Shown here: piece by piece, positions 43,427 to 52,069 of the stretch
How positions within the stretch are numbered: the stretch's first letter is position 1
How the letters are laid out: each line of letters begins with the position of its first letter
Assembly (NCBI GenBank): GCA_021786315.1
Contig: JAJYNN010000002.1
Span: 398,997-462,996 of the forward strand
Length of the DNA: 64,000 nucleotides
Direction: 5' to 3'
Origin: a bacterium
Lineage (GTDB): Bacteria > Patescibacteriota > Microgenomatia > Daviesbacterales > UBA10151
Position numbers and translations under genes: made by a program
Notes under the pieces: generated by a model
Told to the model about the DNA's origin: nothing
Database searches by the model: none
The model's input: the letters and a program-made list of their open reading frames with translations, nothing else

Positions 43427-43501
43427 ATGAATTTGTGTTTTGTGTATATTACTAATCCTAATTTAGAAGAGGCTAAGAAGGTGGCTAAGGATTTGGTGTA
43501 G
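43427..43501 (+). pseudogene. cutA: N-terminal fragment of CutA
   Basis: MNLCFVYITNPNLEEAKKVAKDLV* after TGTTATAAT; matches the CutA N-terminal pattern. Confidence 0.65.
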
Positions 43502-43748
43502 GTAAAAGTGGCATGCCGACGTGTTTTCTGATTTGGTTGTGTTCTTCTAAATGCCGACGCTCCTTATTTCCTAAATCATCCCTTAAGGCACCCATTTCAT
43601 CCTGAAGCTGCTTTACATCCACTAATAAAGCATCCTGCTTTGTTTCCAGTCGATCTACTTTTTCTTCCAGCCGATCTAATTGTTTATAGACGGGCTCTAC
43701 GAGCCTCGTCATCTCCTCGCTAATTTGTTTAATATCATCACCAGTCAT
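43485..43748 (-). CDS. Small coiled-coil hypothetical protein
   Basis: LDRLEEKVDRLE heptads; ATG 43748 follows TACTAT. Confidence 0.7.
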   Translation of the reverse strand: MTGDDIKQISEEMTRLVEPVYKQLDRLEEKVDRLETKQDALLVDVKQLQDEMGALRDDLGNKERRHLEEHNQIRKHVGMPLLPTPNP

Positions 43749-43911
43749 AAAGTTATAGTAAGTCTGTGGGAATAAAAACACAAGATTCCTCATGTATATC
43801 AAAATATCAAATCCCTACTCACTCTTTGTTGGTACACACTATTTTCTGAAAAGGCCAGATAAGTTCTCTTTCCTTTGACTTAACTCCCCAATAACCCTAT
43901 AATCTTTACCC

Positions 43912-44805
43912 ATGTCAGTTGATATAAAACCAGAATGGCTGCCTGATTTACAGGAATATAGAGCCGAACCCCGTTTGGATTCTGTGGCAAGAAGTTTTAC
44001 TTCAGCCAATCGGGGTATGTTTGTTGTCCATGCCCTAAGAGAGGAAATTTTTCCTCAACATCCCCGAAGAGTTCGATTGTTGGATGTGGGTGTTGGAAAA
44101 CAAGGATATTATTTCTATTGTTCATATGAGCCATACATGATAGCTGCAGCTTTGGAAGGAGCAGGTATCAACTATCAAATGGATATAGTTGATACTGACA
44201 GCGCAGTTATTGCTGACTTAAAAAAGCGGAGAAAAATATTTTTCCCGGCGCAGTATTTGGGGGACCTTGATCACCGGGATGCTTGGCTAAGTTATTTAGC
44301 TGCGACTAAACAAAAAGCCAGGAGCCGGGATAAATCAGACAGTGTGGAGCCTACTTCCCTTACATCCCCTGAGGATTTAAGAGCTCAGTGGGACATTATG
44401 GCAAATTTATTAGTAGCCAGAGTTCCCAATTCATTTGTGAGTAAGTTACAAGATGGCGGTATAAAACCAATTCAGGGTGATATTGCTACTGCCAGAATAG
44501 GCCAAAGAGGAAGATATAACTTAATAGCTTGTGTAAACGTATTGTATTTACTGAGTGAGTCAGGCCAAAAATTAGCCTTCTATAATATGGCCAACAGTCT
44601 GGAAAAAGACGGTTTGTTGATTATGAATGACTTAAGGAGAGGGCGAATGCCTTCAGAAACGGGGAAAGTTTTTACAACTAGCCCGATATTGGATTTTTAT
44701 GGCGGCTGGTTAACTGAAGAAAAGATGAAAGATCTGGGACTTGTTCCTTACAAGCAACTTGAATCTACCGGAGGCAACGTTACCTTCTCTTTCAAAAAAA
44801 TTTGA
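43912..44805 (+). CDS. SAM-dependent methyltransferase, CheR-like
   Basis: LLDVGVG, YEPYMIA, GDI, YNLIACVNVLY; promoter TTGACT-16/17 nt-TATAAT. Confidence 0.65.
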   Translation: MSVDIKPEWLPDLQEYRAEPRLDSVARSFTSANRGMFVVHALREEIFPQHPRRVRLLDVGVGKQGYYFYCSYEPYMIAAALEGAGINYQMDIVDTDSAVIADLKKRRKIFFPAQYLGDLDHRDAWLSYLAATKQKARSRDKSDSVEPTSLTSPEDLRAQWDIMANLLVARVPNSFVSKLQDGGIKPIQGDIATARIGQRGRYNLIACVNVLYLLSESGQKLAFYNMANSLEKDGLLIMNDLRRGRMPSETGKVFTTSPILDFYGGWLTEEKMKDLGLVPYKQLESTGGNVTFSFKKI

Positions 44806-44887
44806 TGGGATTTTGGGCAATTAAAGTAGATGACAAGATAAGCACAAGAAGTTGACATTATGGTTCTGGATGGGTACTATAAATTTA

Positions 44888-45742
44888 ATGTCCAATTACT
44901 CCCCTTCTTCCAAAGAAACAGGTTTTGCCCATGTTCTAGTGTTGCTTGTTGCCCTAGCGGCTGCCAGTTTAATTGCTTCCTCTACAATTCAGACAACAAA
45001 TACCGTCCAGACCACAAAAGTTTTAGGAGAAGATACCCAGGCGGATGAACAAACACAAGAGGCTGCCAAACATGCCGCCGAGCAGCAGCAGGAAGCATTA
45101 AAGACCCAATCCGAAGGCCAAAAACAGGAGACGGAAGTGGAAACCGCAAATGGGCAAAAGATTAAAACCAAGGTGGAAGATAACGGTGCCGTAAAAGTTG
45201 AGATTGAGCAGGGTAAATCAAAGTTTAAATATCAATCCGAGAACGGAAAAGTGCAGCTGGAAGCCGAGGATGAGGCTAAAGTCGAAAATGAACTGGAACA
45301 GGAAGGCATTAAAGTATCCAGTTCCAGCGGGAATCTGGTGATCGCTAAAAATAAGTTTGCCGCCAAAATCAACTTCCCCCTTTCCGTTGATCCGAATACC
45401 AAACAGCTGATAGTAACCACTCCGGCCGGTCAAAAGGCTGTCACAATCCTTCCCGACCAGGCAGTACAGAATCTTTTGACCCGTAGTATCCTCAGCGAGA
45501 TCGGAAATCAGGAGGTGAGCGCTGATTTAACTAATAAACTAGGCAGCCTGGATGGTGTTGTTCAACTGGAAAGTAAAGATAATGAAGTTGTTTACAAAGT
45601 CGATGGTTTGAAAACACGCAAACTGTTAGGATTAATTCCGGTTACTGTACCGGCTACCGCTTATGTTTCTGCCCAAACCGGCAGCGTTACCTCTTTAAAC
45701 CAGTCAGTTCTTGCTAACTTACTGGATTTACTATCCCGTTAA
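44888..45742 (+). CDS. Exported acidic protein with pilin-like N-terminus
   Basis: ETG/FAHVLVLLVAL; TTGACA-17 nt-TACTAT then ATG 44888; C-terminal KLLGLIPV. Confidence 0.7.
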   Translation: MSNYSPSSKETGFAHVLVLLVALAAASLIASSTIQTTNTVQTTKVLGEDTQADEQTQEAAKHAAEQQQEALKTQSEGQKQETEVETANGQKIKTKVEDNGAVKVEIEQGKSKFKYQSENGKVQLEAEDEAKVENELEQEGIKVSSSSGNLVIAKNKFAAKINFPLSVDPNTKQLIVTTPAGQKAVTILPDQAVQNLLTRSILSEIGNQEVSADLTNKLGSLDGVVQLESKDNEVVYKVDGLKTRKLLGLIPVTVPATAYVSAQTGSVTSLNQSVLANLLDLLSR

Positions 45743-45831
45743 CTTTCGATTTTAACCCACTCCCTTGACAAGTCCTATAGTTATATGATATTTTGGAGGC
45801 CGCCCGAAATTTTGGGCAAAAAAAGACAATA

Positions 45832-45951
45832 ATGCAAAACATGAAAGTCTGGTCTAACAACTTAATACTTCAACTTCCGCCAATTTCTGGCGGACGTTGT
45901 GCTGACGCAGTTTTGGCTGCGGTTCTTGCGCGTACAAAAGTACCTCTTTAA
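45832..45951 (+). CDS. Putative leader peptide (uORF), 39 aa
   Basis: MQNMKVWSNNLILQLPPISGGRCADAVLAAVLARTKVPL*; stop abuts the anti-SD. Confidence 0.4.
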   Translation: MQNMKVWSNNLILQLPPISGGRCADAVLAAVLARTKVPL

Positions 45952-46019
45952 CTCCTTTTGTGTGCAGTTGCCGTAAGCCAAATGCTTGCGGAAATGCACA
46001 TTAACAAAATAAAAGGAGG
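45952..46019 (+). promoter_or_regulatory. SD-sequestering hairpin upstream of the ABC exporter
   Basis: CTCCTTTT/AAAAGGAG outer stem; TGTGCA/TGCACA and CCGTAAGC/GCTTGCGG inner stems. Confidence 0.6.
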
Positions 46020-46028
46020 CAATTCCAA

Positions 46029-47807
46029 GTGTTGTCATCACTCAGGCGTCGGTTCCAAGTACCAAGTCTTCTGGGCAGGTATTGGCGAATCCTCAAGCCA
46101 TTTCGGGGAGTTTATACAAAGTGTATCTTACTTCTTTTGGCTTACGAAGGTATCCAAATCCTAGGGTCTTACCAGATGAGCATGATGATCAGGCTCTTTG
46201 GAGATAAGGCCAACTACTGGTGGTGGGTGCTCTTTTTTGTCGGGTTGGTAATCTACGATGAAACGTTCATCCGGTTAGACAACCTGCTGGATTGGCACAT
46301 CATCATCAGGCAGAACTATCCCCTATACCGTTATTTGAAGCTGGGGGCCATCAAAAAGTTCCTGCAAATGGACATTGATTGGCACCAGAAACACAATAGC
46401 GGAGCCTTGGTGGGCAAGGTTGCCCAGGGCGTGGAAAAGGTTGAGGACATTATGGGTATGATCTGGATAGAGTTTATACCAACAACTATCCAGGCTGTCT
46501 TTTCCCTAATTCCTCTTCTCTTTATCTCACCGCTCGCAGTGGCGATCTCGGCACTTTCTTTCCTGTTGTTTGTCAGGTTCAGCCTAAAAAACAACAAAGA
46601 AAGAAGACCGTCCAAGGAAAGGCGGTTTGACCTTTACGAGACGGAATGGCATCGCTCGATTGAGATCGTCCAGTCGGTGGAAACCAACTATATGTTTGGC
46701 CAGACTGACAGGTTGATCAATGAGCAGGCAGATCTTCACCAGGAAATCATGGATATAGGCAGGAAGGAGGCACATCGCGGGATATACCACTACAACAGGC
46801 TTGAGCTACGGATTATCCGTTTTGCCCGGGTGGCAATCCTGGGAATCTGGGGGTACCAACTAATCAATGGAGGTATGGATATTCCTACTCTCATCTTTGT
46901 CTACACGCTAACCGAAAGGCTCTTTTCTAGTTTTTGGAGGTTCTCCAGACTCATTGAAAAGACATCGGAATCAGCAGAAGGGGCAAACAGATTGGCCAAT
47001 CTCCTCGAAGAGGAAACAGGCCATGAAGCGGAAGGTGAGGTTACCACGCCCAAAACTCAACCCGTGGGGGTCGAGTTGAAAGGGGTCCGTTTCACTTACA
47101 AAAAGGAATACGACGAGGAGCAAGACGGATTACATGATGTAACTCTGGATATTCCTGCAGGAAGCGTAGTGGCACTGGTTGGCCCATCAGGTGCCGGGAA
47201 GACGACAATTCGGAAAATTGTCACCGGTCTGATGGAAATCCAAGGAGGAGATATTCGTGTTGGAGGTGTAAGTGTTAAGGACTGGGACCCGGAGAAGCTG
47301 TTGGAGCAATTCTCATATGTTCCTCAAGGGGACGACGTGTTCTTATTCAACGGAACCGTCAGGGACAATATTGCCTTTGCTAGGCCCAAAGCTTCTATGG
47401 AGGAAGTTGAAAGGGCGGCGGTATTGGCAGGTATCCATGACTTTATTATGTCCATGGCAGAAGGTTACGAGACCGTCGTTGGTGAACGCGGAAAAAGGCT
47501 ATCAGGAGGACAAAAGCAAAGAGTAGCACTGGCACGGGCAATCCTAGCTGATCGGCCAGTCCTTATCTTGGACGAAGCCACAAGTGCAGTGGATGCTATT
47601 ACTGAGGAGGAAATCCAACAAAAAATGGCGGAAATTCTCCATGGAAAAACCTCCATCATTATTGCCCATAGACTTTCCACTGTTTGGGACATTGCGAATA
47701 AAATCGTTGTTCTGGAACGTGGTCGAAAAGTCGAAGAGGGCACGCATGCCGAATTGATGGCGTTAAATGGTCTCTACAGCAAAATGGCGCTGTTGCAGAC
47801 CAAATAG
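46029..47807 (+). CDS. ABC exporter, fused TMD-NBD
   Basis: GPSGAGKTT, LSGGQKQR, LDEATS, IAHRLS. Confidence 0.93.
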   Translation: MLSSLRRRFQVPSLLGRYWRILKPFRGVYTKCILLLLAYEGIQILGSYQMSMMIRLFGDKANYWWWVLFFVGLVIYDETFIRLDNLLDWHIIIRQNYPLYRYLKLGAIKKFLQMDIDWHQKHNSGALVGKVAQGVEKVEDIMGMIWIEFIPTTIQAVFSLIPLLFISPLAVAISALSFLLFVRFSLKNNKERRPSKERRFDLYETEWHRSIEIVQSVETNYMFGQTDRLINEQADLHQEIMDIGRKEAHRGIYHYNRLELRIIRFARVAILGIWGYQLINGGMDIPTLIFVYTLTERLFSSFWRFSRLIEKTSESAEGANRLANLLEEETGHEAEGEVTTPKTQPVGVELKGVRFTYKKEYDEEQDGLHDVTLDIPAGSVVALVGPSGAGKTTIRKIVTGLMEIQGGDIRVGGVSVKDWDPEKLLEQFSYVPQGDDVFLFNGTVRDNIAFARPKASMEEVERAAVLAGIHDFIMSMAEGYETVVGERGKRLSGGQKQRVALARAILADRPVLILDEATSAVDAITEEEIQQKMAEILHGKTSIIIAHRLSTVWDIANKIVVLERGRKVEEGTHAELMALNGLYSKMALLQTK

Positions 47808-47871
47808 GGCTACCTTCGGCTTCGCCGAACGATCCTGTAATTTCTCTCCGCCAAAAGCGGATCGAAATTAT
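47804..47871 (+). repeat. Palindromic repeat family A, copy 5 (both hairpins; contains the TAG stop)
   Basis: ATAGGGCTACC-TTCGGC-TTC-GCCGAA-CGATCCTGT-AATTTC..GAAATTAT. Confidence 0.9.
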
Positions 47872-47891
47872 GACGCATCTTTTAGGCAAGT

Positions 47892-47939
47892 AAAGCACCA
47901 GGTTGTTCGAGTAATCGAACGTAAGTCCTGGTGCTTTTT
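47892..47939 (+). terminator. Intrinsic terminator-like hairpin
   Basis: AAAGCACCAGG...CCTGGTGCTTTTT. Confidence 0.6.
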
Positions 47940-47990
47940 GCCATCTTGACTTTGGGTTTTTTACGGGTGTATAAATAGAACACATCTAGT

Positions 47991-48503
47991 ATGAAAGAAT
48001 CCTGGTTAAAAGAACTGGCTGATTTTATAGTTGAGGCCAATAAAAACACCTGGGCTGCCGATAAAGGTAAAGTAGAGCCTTTTTTTCCGGGTGATAAGGA
48101 GCTGGAATATAAAAGGGGTCTTTGGCATCTTCGGGATAAATTTAGCGGACATTTTCGGGCACCAGGTGAGACTGTGATTCGTTACAAAAATTTTCCAGTT
48201 TGGCAGATAAGTTATGGCGGTCATGGTATGCTTGAAGATTACTACCCTATCGCTAAACCAACGTTTCAGTTTTTACGGGCGGCTTTAATGCAGGTTAAAC
48301 CTAAACTTCCTTTTCGTGGACCTACTACGTATCAGGAGGACGAGTGGAATTATACTTTTGTAGTTAATGGAGATATGGAAGATTGTACTTGGGTAGAGAG
48401 AATAACCAAAGGCGGAGAGTTAGTTTTTACCCAAAATGGCTTTGCCGGAATTGTCATTGGCAAAACTGCGGATAAAAAACCTGTTTACCCTTGGGATTTA
48501 TAG
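47991..48503 (+). CDS. DUF5680-like hypothetical protein
   Basis: FIVEANKNTWA, FLRAAL, PFRGP. Confidence 0.65.
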   Translation: MKESWLKELADFIVEANKNTWAADKGKVEPFFPGDKELEYKRGLWHLRDKFSGHFRAPGETVIRYKNFPVWQISYGGHGMLEDYYPIAKPTFQFLRAALMQVKPKLPFRGPTTYQEDEWNYTFVVNGDMEDCTWVERITKGGELVFTQNGFAGIVIGKTADKKPVYPWDL

Positions 48504-48506
48504 TTT

Positions 48507-48953
48507 ATGAAAGATAAGATTATTAAAGATTTACTTGAGGCAAAAGAACATCTACTGGCATCAATTAATTTAATGCCTGATGGAACAGCGGTAGATAAGT
48601 GGTCCAAGAAAGAGATTCTAGCTCATATTGCTGGGTGGTATGAAGAAGGGGTTGACGGCACTTCAAAGATCCTAAAAGGTGAAAAACCAAACTCTTTTAG
48701 ATACTCAGTGGACGGATACAATAAAAGAAGTGTCGAAAAAAGGAAGGATAAGAATATTGTAGAGATTCTTCAGGAAATGGAAGACCTTCACCGGCAATTT
48801 GTGGATCAAGTTAAGAATTTGTCGGAGGAACAGATAACCGGATATTTTGGGACCAAACTAGGAGGAGAGCCAATTAATGTTTTGTGGATGATTAATGAAT
48901 GTATCTCCCATGACCATGCTCATGCAGAAGAGTTAGAACAAAAATATAGATAA
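48507..48953 (+). CDS. DinB/DUF1706-like protein
   Basis: WSKKEILAHIAGW, HDHAH. Confidence 0.7.
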   Translation: MKDKIIKDLLEAKEHLLASINLMPDGTAVDKWSKKEILAHIAGWYEEGVDGTSKILKGEKPNSFRYSVDGYNKRSVEKRKDKNIVEILQEMEDLHRQFVDQVKNLSEEQITGYFGTKLGGEPINVLWMINECISHDHAHAEELEQKYR

Positions 48954-48954
48954 A

Positions 48955-49338
48955 ATGGATTATACAGGCGTAATCATCGAAGAGAGTTTAAAGGATGCTT
49001 CTATCCTTAAAAAGGTCAAAGTTTTGGATACTAGAATAGAGCCAGTGACAGAAGCTGACAAAACTCCGTGGCTTAAGATATGGACTTTGCATACTGTCGA
49101 AATTCCAGAAGATCAGGCTGAAAGCTATGCTGAGGAAGTAAGGCAAGCTTTGAAAATAGATCATACTGCCTGGTATGCAGATTTTAAAAATGATACCACC
49201 CATTATATTATTTTTCCCCAAAAGATCTTCAAGATTGATCGGACCAGGGCAGAAGAATATCAAGAGGCTTCAGACTATGGAATCTCTCTAGGAATTCCTT
49301 ACTATCAGGTAGATTTTTCCCAGAGCATTATCAAATAA
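48955..49338 (+). CDS. Conserved hypothetical protein
   Basis: GVIIEESL, WTLH, WYADF, YGISLGIP. Confidence 0.7.
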   Translation: MDYTGVIIEESLKDASILKKVKVLDTRIEPVTEADKTPWLKIWTLHTVEIPEDQAESYAEEVRQALKIDHTAWYADFKNDTTHYIIFPQKIFKIDRTRAEEYQEASDYGISLGIPYYQVDFSQSIIK

Positions 49339-49342
49339 TTTC

Positions 49343-49699
49343 ATGATTTATGAGATGAGGTTACATCCGGCGCCGTTTGATCTTATCAAAGCCGGGAAAC
49401 AAAAGATTGAAACCAGGCTTTTTGATGAAAAAAGACGTGATCTTCAGGTGGGTGACCAGGTGATTTTCCTTAAAAGACCGGATGGCAAGGAAAGGATGAC
49501 CGTGGAAGTAACCGGCTTATCCCTTTTTAAAACTTTTGAGGAATTATTCCGTTCCATCAATAAAACTGAATTTGGATACAAACCTACCGATACCCTGGAA
49601 TACCAAATCCTTTGTATGAGGCAATACTACACCGAAGAGGACGAACAAAAGTACGGAGTAATTGGGATTCACGTTAAGCCCTTAAGTGTTTATATGTGA
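49343..49699 (+). CDS. ASCH-domain protein
   Basis: FDLIKAGKQKIETR, LQVGD, YGVIGI. Confidence 0.85.
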   Translation: MIYEMRLHPAPFDLIKAGKQKIETRLFDEKRRDLQVGDQVIFLKRPDGKERMTVEVTGLSLFKTFEELFRSINKTEFGYKPTDTLEYQILCMRQYYTEEDEQKYGVIGIHVKPLSVYM

Positions 49700-49833
49700 A
49701 TTAAGGTAAGGTAGGAAAGGTAACGGATTTTACCGTTTTTATTGGCAAATTTGCCAATCCTACCACCTGTACCTAAGTGCTAAACTTTATGAGAAAAACG
49801 GAACTTAGATTTTTTGGTTGTCAGCCCGAAGAC

Positions 49834-50319
49834 CTAAGCGTATTCGAACCATTTCCATCCAAAGACGATGGTAACCAATAGAACTACCACCGAGGTCCAG
49901 GTTAATGGGTTTCGAATAAGGGTAAAGTACCAGGCATCGATGCTGATTTCCCGCAAAGTGCCACGCAGATCATCAAGACCAGTTTGGTACTCCACTGAGT
50001 TTTTGTGCAACTGGGCAATTTGTTTAGCCCGGTTACTCAAATCTTGCAGTGCCTCATAATCCAAAGCCACGTCGTTAACGGGGTTTCTGAAAATGAGAGC
50101 TGCATTACCTCTGGTAACGCCTCTTTTCTGCATATTGGCTAACGTTTCATCGATACGATCAGCCATCTTGCTGGCGTCTGCCGCCACCTGGGCTCGGTAC
50201 TCGACAGCATCGATTTCGCTATACGAAGTATAGGAATCGATACCGGCAATGATGAGCATTACAAGGAACACTACTGCCGCAATGATGGTTCGTACTCCCC
50301 ACTTCTCCGAGTCGTACAT
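49834..50319 (-). CDS. Two-TM hypothetical protein
   Basis: SD AAAGGAG before ATG 50319; TM helices at both ends. Confidence 0.7.
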   Translation of the reverse strand: MYDSEKWGVRTIIAAVVFLVMLIIAGIDSYTSYSEIDAVEYRAQVAADASKMADRIDETLANMQKRGVTRGNAALIFRNPVNDVALDYEALQDLSNRAKQIAQLHKNSVEYQTGLDDLRGTLREISIDAWYFTLIRNPLTWTSVVVLLVTIVFGWKWFEYA

Positions 50320-50511
50320 GTCATTCTCTCCTTTGTTAGGTAAAAAATTTGCCGGGATTCGGGGTAAGCTTGATTGCCTGCTAATAGGAGCTCCTTTCTC
50401 TTTATTGTTCAGCTTAAGGTGCGAAAAATAGCGAAAATAGAATTTCAACCTCAGTCGGCTGGTCCATCTTCACTATAGGGTATAATATCACTTTGGTGAG
50501 GGGGAATCAAA

Positions 50512-52065
50512 TTAAAGGTCGTTACCGGTGTAGGATAAATTAAAGCTTTTGTTAATCAACGGGAAATCCGGAACCATGTTCCCCTGGCCTGCGTGTCCCA
50601 AGACTGTCCAGTTAATAAATGACGGATCACGGACATCAACCCGGGTGATTTGACCTTTGCTGTCAGTGGCCACAAGATAGACAATATCACCTCTCCAGCC
50701 CTCTACAACCCCGATAGAATAGGAGTTTTTCTCCAAGTTGATATCTTTTCCATCCCTCCCTTTTTCTTCCTTGGGAAGATCCCAGAGGGCTTGTTTTAAG
50801 ATCTCGATGGAATTTAAAAGCTCCTGCACCCGCACCCTGAACCTGGCGTAAACATCGCCGGAATTTTCTTTTGCCACTTCAACTTTAATCTTGTCATAAG
50901 CTGCATAAGGATAATCCACCCGGGCATCCATCTCAAAGCCCACTGCCCTGCCGGCCACCCCTAAAGCTCCGTGGTCCCGGGCAATCCTTTCGTTCAATAC
51001 CCCGGTTTTTTTCAACCTGGTAAGCAAGGACCCCGTACCCATGGCAATCTTAATTACTTCCGAAAAATCTGCCTTTAATTTTTCCAGGTCTTCCGCCAAT
51101 TTCTTGGCCTGGTCGGAAGTCAAATCAGCATTTACTCCTCCGATCTTAATCACTCCCCGGAGGAATCTGCTTCCGGTTAACTTTTCATTGATCTGCATGA
51201 CTATTTCCCTTAAACGTCCGCCCTGGGCGCCGCCAAAGTTAAACCCGGTATCGGTCATGATTGCTCCGATGTCCCCCAAGTGGTTGGCGACCCTTTCCAG
51301 CTCGGCAAAGATGACCCTTAAGTATTCTTCCCTCTCGGAAATCTCAATTTTCCCCAACTGTTCTACCGCCTGGCAGAAAGCCAAGGCGTGGGAAAAGGAG
51401 CTGTCGCCGGAGATCCTCTCAGCCAGCTTTACTTTCTCCTCCAAAGATAGAACCTCAAAAAGCTTCTCGCTCCCCTTGTGGGTATACCCCAACCTCGGTT
51501 CCAGCATCAGGATCTCCTCTCCGGCCACGCTAAACCGGAAATGCCCCGGTTCAATAATACCGGCGTGGACTGGCCCAACCGGAATTTCATAAATCCCTTC
51601 CCCGATCATCTTTCGGAATTGGAATTGGACTCCGCCTTTTTGAGGCCTTTCCTTCCAGTTAAAGCTTTTCCTTAAAGGATAAACATTGTCCGGCCAATTT
51701 TCATGAAGGATGATCGACCTTAAGCTGGGGTGGCCCTTTGGCGTTAAGCCAAAGAGGGTTTTTATTTTTCGCTCGTAATTGGAGGCTTCATGCATGATTG
51801 GTGTAACTGAAGGGAAGCTTTCTTTTACCAGAATGTAGGGCGCCAAAAATACGTGTTCTTTAGGAACGCCAAAAATGTAGATGATTTTGAATTCTTTTCC
51901 TAAATCCTGGGCAGTGATAGTTTTTAAATGTAGCTTATGGTTTACGGATAAGTCCTGGCAGACTCCCACAATGTCTTCTACCTTAACCTGAAAACAAGTC
52001 AAAGCTCCAAAGACTTCCGGTTTGTTTTTCGAAGCATGTTTTTTAATTAAATCCTGGTATTTCAT
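50512..52065 (-). CDS. Ehr / hydrogenase-4-related large subunit (NuoC+NuoD-like) without Ni ligands
   Basis: PVGPVHAGIIEPGHFRF, ERISGDS, EGWRG, DFPLINKSFNLSY. Confidence 0.9.
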   Translation of the reverse strand: MKYQDLIKKHASKNKPEVFGALTCFQVKVEDIVGVCQDLSVNHKLHLKTITAQDLGKEFKIIYIFGVPKEHVFLAPYILVKESFPSVTPIMHEASNYERKIKTLFGLTPKGHPSLRSIILHENWPDNVYPLRKSFNWKERPQKGGVQFQFRKMIGEGIYEIPVGPVHAGIIEPGHFRFSVAGEEILMLEPRLGYTHKGSEKLFEVLSLEEKVKLAERISGDSSFSHALAFCQAVEQLGKIEISEREEYLRVIFAELERVANHLGDIGAIMTDTGFNFGGAQGGRLREIVMQINEKLTGSRFLRGVIKIGGVNADLTSDQAKKLAEDLEKLKADFSEVIKIAMGTGSLLTRLKKTGVLNERIARDHGALGVAGRAVGFEMDARVDYPYAAYDKIKVEVAKENSGDVYARFRVRVQELLNSIEILKQALWDLPKEEKGRDGKDINLEKNSYSIGVVEGWRGDIVYLVATDSKGQITRVDVRDPSFINWTVLGHAGQGNMVPDFPLINKSFNLSYTGNDL

Positions 52066-52069
52066 ATTG

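Noticed and set aside
47991-49699. Integron cassette array
   Set aside because: Gaps of 1-4 nt leave no room for attC sites; no integrase.
50512-52065. Functional [NiFe] hydrogenase
   Set aside because: Both CxxC motifs are absent and there are no hyp maturation genes.
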